Positions 53,780-64,000 of a DNA stretch of 64,000 nt are shown here, in pieces. The notes under the pieces are model-generated. The model had not been told where the DNA came from and did no database searches. It saw nothing but the letters and a program-made list of their open reading frames with translations. The stretch covers positions 62,001-126,000 of the forward strand of contig CDLV01000007.1 in the NCBI GenBank assembly GCA_001244265.2, given 5' to 3'. This DNA comes from Microbotryum violaceum. Taxonomy: Eukaryota. Every line of letters starts with the position of its first letter. Within the stretch, counting starts at the first letter, position 1. Made by a program: the position numbers and the translations under genes.

Positions 53780-54945
53780 ATGGACATCGAGACCGCATTG
53801 AGCTTCGTTCCCATGACCTACCGCGGCCTGTTGGGCTTCGTGCCCCCCGCGCTCGTAACCATCCTCAAGACTACGTCGAAGGTGACAAAAGACTACGTTC
53901 AACAGACCAACGTCAGGGAGGAAGAGGTCCCATTGGCACCGTTCGAGTCTGCCCGTCATGACGGCTCAAATACGGCGAGGGCTCTTGGCGCCCTGCACCG
54001 AGGCCTGACCCAGGCCGGCAGGCTTGAATCCCCAGTGCCTCACCTCGTCCGCGCGAATTTAGCTGCAGCAATCAAAGTTCCATGTTTCATCCACCAAGAG
54101 AAAAGCATGGTTGGCCTTTGGACCTGGTTCGTCGTAACCATCGCTCGACCGCTCGTCCAGGACCTTTTTGGCGATAACTCGGACCCCGTCGGCACGGATA
54201 TCTTCCCTTGCGAGGTCAAAGTCGGCCAAGTCGGGATGGCTATGCCTGCCTGTATCGCGATCGGAGATCGAAGAGCGCCAAAAATCCCGCCAATGGTTAC
54301 GACATAGACGCCTTCGAGATCTGTACCTCTTGTCCGGTCGAGCCAAAAACATTTGTACAACCGCCAAGCACAGCTGGCGTTTTTGGCTCGACCGGACAAG
54401 AGGTACAGATCTCGAAGGCGTCTGTGTCGTAACCATTGGCGGGCTTTTTGGCGCTCTTCGATCTCCGATCGCGATACATGCAGGCATAGCCATCCCCGAC
54501 TTGGCCGACTTTGACCTCGCAAGGGAAGATGTCCGTGCCGTGTCGCGGCCGCTGTGCTTCGCCACCACGCGGAGAGTCTTCAACAGCCAGAACTCGACGT
54601 CCGCCATCTTGGCGAGCCCGGTACCGAGCTCAAACTCGTAAGCGGTGCATCCACTTTTGCCAAAGTAAGTGAAATGCTGTCTCGGACATCACAAGCCTTC
54701 CTCGTGTATTTCCCCTGGGCTGAGGATGGATGGCCACACTTACCATCTTGGCGAGCATATGAGGTTTGCTCCCGGACCCGATGAACTGGCTCGCCGACGC
54801 AAAGGCATGATTTTAGGTGGCCCTTACTTCGTGCTGACGCAGCTACGTAAGTGCAGTTTTAAGCCCTGCAGCCTGAGAGTCTGACGTCCGGGTCAAGCGC
54901 TTCACAGTGGTCGACAACGGCAAATCGCATGTCTCTTGCACGGGG
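53780..54945 (+). pseudogene. Copy X1: kinase-less nuclease-domain paralog disrupted by a fold-back insertion
   Basis: MTYRGLL, HDGSNTARALGALHRGL..LESPVP, GDGY...PVEPKT, LDVRHL..GASTFAK|gtaagt, GMILGGPYFVLTQL|gtaagt, VDNGKSH; motifs and two intron positions match copy A. Confidence 0.7.
54190..54540. repeat. Inverted repeat, ~160-bp arms (54190-54350 / 54379-54540), 28-nt loop
   Basis: Reverse-complement arms with about 5 differences seen. Confidence 0.95.
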
Positions 54946-55009
54946 GTTTACACATATGTCTCTTGACTCTGCTCATCCCAACCCCCCTTCCTGCCCACCC
55001 TTTTCCTCA

Positions 55010-55870
55010 CTACACATAGTTTAGTATGAAGTGAGGCCGGCCAGAACTGTGCCCGGCCTCTACCTCGGCGAGCCAGTTCTTGAGGTCCAGGAGCGAACTC
55101 ACTCTTTCGGCTGAATACTCGGCGGATCCTCACTCGTTTTGTCTAATCAGACGAGAAGGACTCCGAAAGAGAAGGAGGTACCGTCTTTCCCATTCAAGTC
55201 GGGACACCACGACGGCTCGAACACGAAGAGGGCGCTTGCAGCTTTGCAGCAAGGCTTGACCGCGGCGGGCAAGCTCTCTTCAAGGTTACCCGACCTCGTG
55301 CGCTGAAATCTGGCGAATAAGCTCAGATCTCCATACCTGATTACCAAGGAAGAAATCATGGTCGAGCTTTTGAGTTGGTTCATCGGCACGATCGCCCAAC
55401 CGCTGGTCCAAGACCTCATCTACCGCAATCAGACCGCATCGACGAAGAACGAACCGGCTGATGGGTGGGCAGGGGGTCATGACCCTGCGGTTGAGTGATC
55501 GTGCCAACGAACAACCCAAGAGCTCGCCCGTGCTCTTTTCCTTGGCAACCATATACGGAAATCTGAGCTTATCAGCGAGAGTCCAGCGCACGAGGTCGGG
55601 TAACCTCGAGGAGAGCTTGCCGGCCCTGGTCGAGCCCTCGCCGCACGTCGATGCAAGGGCCCTCTCCGTGTTTGAGTCGTTGTGGTGTGCCGAATTGAAC
55701 GGGGTAGGCGGCACCACCTCCGTGTCCTTTGGATCGATTTGCTGTGTGTAGTGGGCTCTGCAGCAGAGAGGTGGTCTTTGCGATCGTGATAAGCGCGGGG
55801 CAGAGGAAGCCCAATAGCTCGTAGTAGGTGCAGTGGTGGGGAAGAGGGTCCACTCACTTTCAAAGTCCAT
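55010..55870 (-). pseudogene. Copy X3: frameshifted paralog (55870-55480 plus exon-2 relic ~55110-55010), interrupted by X2
   Basis: MDFES..TYYELLGFLCPALITIAKTT..HHNDSNTERALA..GKLSSRLPDLVRW; FAPGPQELARR matches X1 FAPGPDELARR. Confidence 0.7.
55147..55430 (+). pseudogene. Copy X2: internal fragment of the same family
   Basis: HHDGSNTKRALAALQQGLTAAGKLSSRLPDLVR*NLANKL...WFIGTIAQPLVQDL. Confidence 0.75.
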
Positions 55871-56582
55871 CTCGACTGAGCGGGGACGTACCAGGTTGTG
55901 AATATAGGAGGAGATGAAGCGAAGCAAAACGAGGCGCACCGCGGGTGCGAAGTGGTCGTTGGTCGCGCATGACCACAGCGCGATGTTTTTCTCCCGCGCG
56001 CGTCAGCTTCCCGCGCTTGCGGTGACGAACCGCTTTCGACAGGGGCGACAGCGCCCAGGCTCGAATCACCGAGAAAAGGAGTCGGTATTCTTCGCCCCTC
56101 CCCCCCTTTGTCTTCTCGTGTCTTCTTTAACCTCATGTCTCGACCTCGTGGGCCACACCGTTGCGATGATCTTCTTCGGTGCACTGACCATTAGTAGAAT
56201 GTACCGGTTGCGGCCCTTGATAACTGGAGGTGGGCCTAAATCCCGAGGCTCCAACGCCGAGCGGACCACCGGGGATCGACGATGCCGCGGAGTGAGCGTT
56301 CTTGGCCGCAAGCGTTTTTTTGTATGCATCGCTTTGACAGTATAGCATTCGATGTTCGGCATTTTTGCATAGGCGTATTTGCATATCTTTGCATAAACGT
56401 ATTCCAAAATTAGGTACAAGGCCACAACCGGTTCGATGTCACAGGAGCTTCGCGCCCGACGCAAGTAACGTTGAAACGCAAGTAACGTTGAACTCGTCAC
56501 GGCCCCTTAGTCAAATTTTATCGCTAAGATTGTTTTGAAGCAGCTACAACATCACGAAATTACAAGCGTCCGGGTGATGTGT

Positions 56583-58926
56583 TCATCTCAATAGCGCCTC
56601 ACCCAGTCGAAGAGACAGATTCGACCGTCAGGCCGAAGCAGCACATTCCTTGCGCCTTCGTCCCCGTGAACGAGACCTTCGTCGGCAATGAGCTTCAACG
56701 CGGCACTGTAAGCGCAAGAAGGTATGAGTTGCATCTCAAGAGTATCGGTCGTCACTCGGAGACAGTTTTGGACTCACTCGACCTTGGCCTTCAACTCGCT
56801 GTTCAATTGTAACTGCTCGGGCGAAATCGTCGAACCGGCATCTTCCATCACCAAAACATAGGCGTGGCCCTCTGTCCCACTTTGGTACAGGCCATAGAAA
56901 GCGGGAAAGTACTGACGCACTTTAAGGGATAGTAAAGGAACGATCGAGGTGTAGACATAGTATTCTTTCGCAATCGAGGGGGCAAAGTCCTCTGAGACGA
57001 TTTTGGCGACGAGCTTACCTTGCCCAACTCCGACACATGAAGACCTTCTCGTCACATGCGGTCTTCCACTTGCGACCCCCTTTCGCACCCACTGGACCTG
57101 CCATACTGTGCTGCTTGCTCCTCGACCGATCCGACGAACGAGATCAAGTCGCGAGCCTGAGGGAGGAGCGAACTTCACCTTGAACTCTCGCTTGTGCAGC
57201 ACGAAGGTTGATGCCCTTTTGAACAGCTGCTGTAGCTCTGGAGATAAAGCCTCACTGACGAGGTTTGACCGACGGCTCGCCTCCGCGTCAAGACGAATCT
57301 TCTTCTTGGCTCGTAGTGTCTCGGAAAGGGATGAGGAAGCGGTCTCGTATTCAAGTCGGAGCTCGATTGGCGAGGCCGCCATTCGAGAGTCGGGTATTAT
57401 CTTCGCATCACAAATTATCTGAAGTCGAAGCCGATGCAAGCGCAAGTGGGATAAGTACCCCGATCCAACCGAGCGCAGTCAAGCTCATTGCGTACTGACC
57501 GTTTGGCCAGGAGCCAGATGGAGGGTAGCAGTCACTCCGTTGCACGTGAAAAGCTTTGAGGGTCCATCTGGCTCGCTCCGGGCGTTTTTCGATTCGGCGT
57601 TCTTTACTGAATCGTCATCACCTGGGAGGCTCGCATGGCAAGCTCCAGGCGAAAGGCGGAAGGGGTCGTCGCTGCTGTTCGAGCTCACGATTGGGGATGA
57701 TCGAGCGCTGAGGCGTTGTCGGCTTCGGGCGCCGAATCAAGCGATCGGGAATACCTCACGACGTTATTGAGTACATGTTGAGGGGGGAGGCGATGCGATA
57801 GTCAACGTGATGGTTCATCAGAAGGGCGAGGAAGATCGCGTTGAAGGGTTTAACTGTTGCGCGTGGTTCGTCGGGATCGAAAACGATGGAGTGCAAATCA
57901 CCGACGAGCAAGTGCGACTGTCGGTCAACGACGACTGAAGATGAGGATTGTAGTGGAGTTTGGTCAGCGGTCCAAGGTTGTAAAACTCCTCCCATTCCCA
58001 GAGACAGACCTGAGGCTACACACCTGACTCCACGAGCACAAAGTACGGCGGAGCAAAGATGACGCCGAAGCGAGCTCGTTTTGCAAGGCGGATGTGCAGA
58101 GCGAGCTGCGAGAGTCAATCGTGCAGTTCAGCGGTTGGAGGAGCTCAAAAGACGTGATTGAAAACGTGCACACCTTTGCAGCGATTGTACGACCACCACG
58201 AAGATCATGCAATCGGCCCGTCGAGGCCACGAGTCGGATGTCGAGCAGCTCGGAACCGAGACCTGCGGACGTACGATCGCCGTTCGAGCTGGACGGTGAG
58301 TCGAAATAGCACGCCTCGAGGTCGTGGGCCATGCGTCCATGGAATGCAACCGTGGTTAGAATTTCATTCGTTTTGATCTCATTCTGTAGCTCCGCGTCGT
58401 AGCATCTGACGATAGAAAGGCTTTGGAGGCTCTGCAGCTCCGAGTCGGGGCCTAGATCTGTCGTCGTCAGAGACGACTCGGACCATCTGACTTGCAAGTC
58501 ATCTTGCTCCAGGTCTTCAATCGTGTACTTTGCAATTGATTGCTTGATACATTTGAGGGCATATGAAGCCGTCTTTGGGCTGTCGAACTTGGAAAAGTTA
58601 AAGACGCGTTGGGCCTCGAGGTCCATTTGTGTGGTTTTGGGAAGCGGAGTGTGAAGCATTCCGGACTTGATGAGACCCTGCAGCTGGCAAAGGCCAGCCA
58701 GGGCCCTATCGACGATCGACGAGTCGCGGTAGACGCTAGTCAAAGATTCTTCGGAAAGCACGTACTCGCCCGGACTACGACGCTGGCCAAATTCTGCCAC
58801 TCCTTGACCGGTCTCGGAGGTGAAGGGGACGGCAGCACGCCAGGACTATCTAACCGACTATCACAATGGGTAAGCGTTGTCGAGCAGATCAGCATATGTG
58901 ATGGGCGGACTGCTGGTCAGGACCAT
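56583..58926 (-). pseudogene. Copy B: full-length paralog of copy A with early in-frame stops and a terminal frameshift
   Basis: PITYADLL..YPL followed by TGA TAG; DSSIVDRALAGL, TVAFHGRMAHDLEACYF, IGRGASSTVW, LVAK, FPAFYGLY, HGDEGARNVLL, FDW; same exon layout as A. Confidence 0.78.
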
Positions 58927-59428
58927 GAGCCGCCGAGCCGAGAAGCTTGGAACAAGAGCGCTGTAAGGCCGGAAACCGGACCGCGGTGAGACGTCGTAGG
59001 GAAGCCTTGATCTGCCTTGATCGCGAGCGCGCACGTCACGTGGTGCCTCCGAGACCTTGTCATCGGCCGTCATCGGCTATCATCGATGTCATCGGCGGCG
59101 GAGGGCGGCGGTAAGAGACTCAAGTCACGTGAGGTTGCTCTCGATCGTACATCTGCTTTACTTACTACTCTTTGCGACAACGCAACGCGTGGCTGAGCAG
59201 AGACTCGATTCAAATCTTTGCAAAAAAACATCGAGTTCGCCGAGACATGCCCGAGCACTGCATTTAATTGAGGAACTTCCCGGCCGGCGGGCGCGCTCAT
59301 GATCACTCGGGGAGACTCTCTGCTGCTGAACTCTGCTCACTGCGCTCGCGTTGGCGACGGCCTGCCTCTCTCTCTCTCCCTCAGCCCGCTCCATTCTAAT
59401 AGACGCTGAACTCGTGGCTGCCGCGACG

Positions 59429-62400
59429 ATGCTCGAGGTCAGCTACTCGAATTCTTCCGCTCTCTCAACGAAGCATTACAAGCTCGTCAACGATTTAGAG
59501 CATGCTCAATCCGACGAGGTCAGTCATCTTTCTTCCTCCTCTTCCAAAACTGTAGGTAGGATAGCGACCGCTCAGCTGACCCTTTCGGCACGTGACCTTG
59601 GTTCTTTTTGAACGCTCGTGCGCAGGAGACTCTGAGGATTCTGTTGAGATGTCTCGGGGAGATTAAAGCGAGTTGGAAGAAAAGATTGAACCTCAAACCT
59701 GTACGTTTACCCCTCCCTTTCTTCCGTCGTCGTCGTCGTCGTCGTCGTCGTCATCCGATCACACGCAGTGTGGGGACTTTTCTAACTCAAAACCCACGTT
59801 GTCACCCCCAACAGTCGATCATGTCACACGACCTCATTCTCGTTCTCTATTGCTATGAGACGATTCAAGGCTTGGAACGAACGCAATTGACTCTGGAGGA
59901 GAAGGGGTGTTTGAATTGGGAAATGTGGTTGATTGGGGCTGTGCAATTGGCTGGGAGGGGTTTGGGAACGACGGAGGAGGAGAGAGGGGTCGGTCAGTTC
60001 AAACATGGCGCTAAGGAAAGAAAAAAGCTAACCCTGGGCCGACGCTGATCAGTTCATTCTTGGTGGGAAGATGTAGGTTATCGCGTTTGTGATGGATTGT
60101 TCCCTCCAGTACGCTCGGAGGGAAATGATGGGACCCCACATGATGATGATCAAGAAGCTCAACATCCTCTCAAGCTCTTACTCGTCAATACCATCAGAGC
60201 GGTAAGCTCAATTCGCACCACGTGCACTCTTTGCAAGAAGTTACTTTTTAAAATCTGACGCAATTCATCTCTCACCCCCCACACGTGCAGGACCTCTTCA
60301 CACCGCTTTCCTACCCCCGAGCCGAAGCGCGTTGGGTCTTGGGTCTTCGAGCGGCTGCTTCGGACCGTATTGCGGGACCCGAATTGGTACCTGCGATCGC
60401 GGGGAGGGTCGTTGAATTATTAGGAGGTGTAGAAGGTATCAAGTAAGTTGACATCAGACCCATCCTTTAAGAAAGACATTTGATTCACTGAGCCAAGCGC
60501 TTTTCGTTACCTCGCTCAGTTCTTCGATTCGTCGATTGGCCCTCGAAGCAATACAGAACTTGCTCGAGGTGGGACCGAATGCACGACTACTCGAAAAAAC
60601 GAGGAAGATCATTCACACTTCGTTGATGGAGTTCTCACCTGCGAAGGGGAATATAAGGGAAGAGGCTTCGGAGAAAACGAAAGGTAAACGACGAGCCTTC
60701 CTTGAGACGGATCATGAACTGGAAAGCGTGGGGTCAAAGAAGACGTTCGGATCGATGAGGGGAAAAGAACTCGATCCGAAACTCGTGTTGGCATTCGTAA
60801 GAGCGACGAGCAGAAGGACTAAAGGCGGTCTGTACCCCATCTTCGGAGGGGAGCAAGAAGGAGGGGCGATTATGGAGGTTTGTTTGGGAATAGTAGGCAA
60901 GGTGGTAGATCCCTTGTCAGAGAGAGAGGGAGCTGGTTGGGATGACAAGGCTTTCGAATGTGGGGGATTGAAGTGCGTTTGGTTGGCTCTAGGGGTTTTG
61001 GAGAGGGTTGTGGAGGAACTTAGGGAGGGGGTCGTCTCGGAGGAGATGATGGGGAGGATCGCGTGGGAGGTCGTGAAAGTTGCCAAATGGACCGAAGGGG
61101 GTAGGAAAGGTGTTAGGGACGGTGAGTGAGAGTCGGTCCATTGCAAGACATTCACTTGTGGAAGCCAATGCTGAATTCCAAACACGTGCACTCCCTAAAG
61201 CACTCCTCCTGACACTCAGTGAACTTTTATCTCTCCTTCCCCCATCCAACCTCCCCAGTCCATCAGACCTCGACTCCCTCCTAACGCCCATCGCACGCTC
61301 ACTCCAAGCCGCTTCCACGAACTCTCGTCTATTCGCCCTGCGAGTCCTCTCCCTCCTCCCAACAATTCTGTGGTCAACTCTGTCGGACGAATCAAAAAGC
61401 TGGGGTCCACAAGCTTGGTCCGCCATTATGCGTGGATTGGACGACGCTGATGCGCAGGTGAGGAAGGCGACTGTGAGGGTGCTGAGAAAGGTTGAGGGGG
61501 ATTTGGTAGGAATGTATTGGGGTCGGGTCGCGAAGGGGGTTAAAGGCGCTGCTGCGGGAGGGGATGGAAAGGGGGTTGGGCTGGGTGTGGAGAGGTTGAT
61601 GGAGGTGATTGAAGTGACTAAGAAGGGTGGGGAGGAATGGGCACGGGCAATTATGGAACTTATTCGACTGGTTTCGGGGTTGGGAGGAGTGAATGGGCCG
61701 ATGGGGAGATCGTCCTCCCTACGATCGAGAGGTTTACGTATACTTCGGACAAGAAGGTTAGACATGAGTTCGTCAAGGCTTTATTGGACGAGCAAGAGGT
61801 TTGGTCTGGCCAGATCACGCTGGCTTTGATTATCGCCGCCGTTGTTCATGCACTTGCTTCACCATCCTCATCAGAGGAAGGGGACGGGGATCGAGCGATT
61901 GTGGACGCGTCAAAGAAGATGCTCGCTTTCCTGGACCAAGTCCTCCCCTCGCTCAAGAACTTCAAGAACCTTTCCTCGTCGCCCTTTTGCGCCTCTCTGG
62001 GTCCATCGTCGACCTTCAAGTCATGAAGGAACTTCACTCGTTGGTTCAAGGGTGCGGAGAGCGAAGAGCGACGTTCGCGACGAGGCCTTTGTTCGAGACG
62101 CTTAAGATGGGTTTGCAAGAGGGATCGGTAGAAAGGGGGGTGGTGAAGGGGATGAGTGGGAGTAAGAGGTATGAGGGATTGACGTTGCCTGCTTGGGAAG
62201 GGGTCTTTAGGGGGTTGGTGGGGAAAGCTCGGAGGGATGAAATGAGGGGCGAGGAACGATTTTCGACCTCCTCGCCTATACAGACAAACGCGACCCAGGG
62301 TCGCAGTACACCCCTCAAATATGACCCTTACACCACCTCCAGTGTAGACTCGCGCCCCTCGACCCAGACCCTAAACCTTTCCGAATCCTCAACAACCACC

Positions 62401-62598
62401 TCCCTCGCCGAGCAAATCGGCATTTCTCCTCGCGCCTTGGCCAGGGAACGCCAGGACCTTCTCCGTGATCGTATTGAACGAGGTGGGAAGGGAGGAATGG
62501 GGGAAAGTTTGATGTTTGAGGTGGAACGGCAGGTGCAGGAAGACGAAGGAAGAGAAGTGGGATCGAGGGACGAGGGGCATCCGTTTGGGACGGGCTGA
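59429..62598 (+). CDS. Adaptin large-subunit-like ARM/HEAT protein (AP-4 epsilon-like); two apparent frameshifts
   Basis: HYKLVNDLEHAQS, LILVLYCYE, AVQLA..ERGVGY, LLLVNTIRADL, LDDADAQVRKATVRVL, LKYDPY; frame changes near 61680 and 61945 in G/C runs. Confidence 0.65.
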
Positions 62599-63005
62599 GA
62601 AGAGTTGGTATTAGATGATGGAATCAGTCCGACGTTTCCTCATGCGGGAGAAAGATTGATGCCTGCTGGTAGGCTTCTTTTCGGCTCTCAGACAAGAGTG
62701 TAACGCTTTCGGGTCGTGGAGAACGGTCGCTGGTTTTCTTGAGGCGAAAAAGGCGTGAATTTATGCACAACATTAATTCGAAAGGAGCAATAAGGGTAGA
62801 ACATATGACAGAATCGGCTTGCAAGCGCTATTGTCTTGGAAAAGGCTTGTAATTTGACAAACTGGTCCAACGAGGAGGTGGTGGTTGGGCAAGGACTTGT
62901 TGCTTCGTAGCCTCAACCCGGCGGTCCTCGTCATTGTCTCTCCCCTCCTCTCCGCTACCTCCGCTCTCCCCACCAGCCCTCTTCCCCCCCCCCCCCATCC
63001 TAACC

Positions 63006-64000
63006 ATGTCATCTCAATTCTCCACCCAATTCTCCACCGCCAACTCCTGCAGCACCTCCTCAACCTCCCTCGCCACGCTCCTTCACCGAGCGGACCAACT
63101 CTCCACCTCGTTCAACTCGCACCACCGTCATTCGCTCAACAACGTCGAGGCGATCCAATCCGCGCACGTGCAGTTACAGAATTTGTTAAGTATGCCGACT
63201 GGGGGTATGGTGACGAGGAATAGACCGGGTGGTGGGTTGAGGGAACGTGGGATAGTCAAGGTACGCTCGGATACATGAAGAAGCTCCTGCTGAGCGGTTT
63301 GCTACAAGTTGGGGTGTCGGTTCCGAGTGGATTGTTGTACCACAGAGCTAAAAAGACGCTGATCATGGACCTTCTCACCCCTCACCCAGGTTCAAGAAAC
63401 GGTAGAAGAAGCGCTTTCCTACCTGCGCGAAGACCTCTCCAAAATGGAGACCGACGTCGAACGCCTCTCAGCGCTCCTCTTCGAAGCCGACGTTTGGCTC
63501 GCGGATCCTACAACAGCGTTGAAACATGGGTTGAATCCCAAAGAGGCGTTGAATCATGTGGGAGGACTGTTTGGGAGTTATCAGGCGGAATTGAGTGAGT
63601 GGAAGCTGCGAGCGAAAGGGGAGGCGTAAAGGATAACAGAAAGTTGCCGAGCTAACGATTTTCGCCTATCACGTGCTCCCTATTCGTTCTGTGTGATCCT
63701 TGGCACAGTTCGATTACGGTAATTCCACCAGTTCAGAATTCTTTTCATCCTTCACAACCACTGATTCATCCTTTACCCGATCGATCATCTCCCCTCCTCG
63801 CCTAACCTCTCTACCCGAGCTCAGAGAACTCCTCGCCGATTTCACCTGCGAAGAAATTACCGTTGACGACTTTGCTTCCGAATGGAAAGTCATGAAAGAA
63901 GTGGACGCGGGAGCCGAAGCGGAATTGTCGGATTTGGTGGATGTGTTGGGCAAGTGGGCGGGCGCTTCGGGTGGTGGGGGTGGCGGGGATTTGTTTGAGA
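63006..64000 (+). CDS. Hypothetical helical protein, multi-exon, runs off the window
   Basis: ATG 63006; exons MSSQFSTQF..QLQNL / VEEALSYLREDLSKMETDVERL.. / RELLADFTCEEITVDDFASEW joined by GT-AG introns; no family recognised. Confidence 0.6.

Overview
Intron-rich, GC-rich fungal DNA, most likely a basidiomycete (Pucciniomycotina/Microbotryum-like; this is inference from gene and intron style). Blocks of housekeeping genes alternate with TE-rich accessory blocks. Housekeeping genes: SEC3, RraA-like aldolase, CTK2-like cyclin, eIF2B-alpha, PCL cyclin, LOC1-like, EHT1-like hydrolase, adaptin large subunit. TEs: LINE, Gypsy, Copia and Helitron relics, plus one young full-length Copia with LTRs and a 5-bp TSD. 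Two secreted effector candidates are present: a 6-Cys small protein and a pepsin-fold protein lacking catalytic residues. The most unusual feature is a cluster at ~45.2-58.9 kb of paralogous genes that fuse a putative PD-(D/E)xK nuclease domain to a minimal C-terminal kinase (the architecture of Crinkler-type effectors and Spok spore killers), arranged as an old inverted duplication, with a possible distant relic at ~8 kb. Three near-perfect 160-311 bp fold-back inverted repeats occur, all inside selfish or accessory elements (Gypsy, Copia, one nuclease paralog), suggesting hairpin-RNA silencing loci or assembly chimeras. Many frameshifts sit in homopolymer runs and may be sequencing errors. 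Exon boundaries and alignments were worked out by eye; all domain calls need HMM/structure confirmation.
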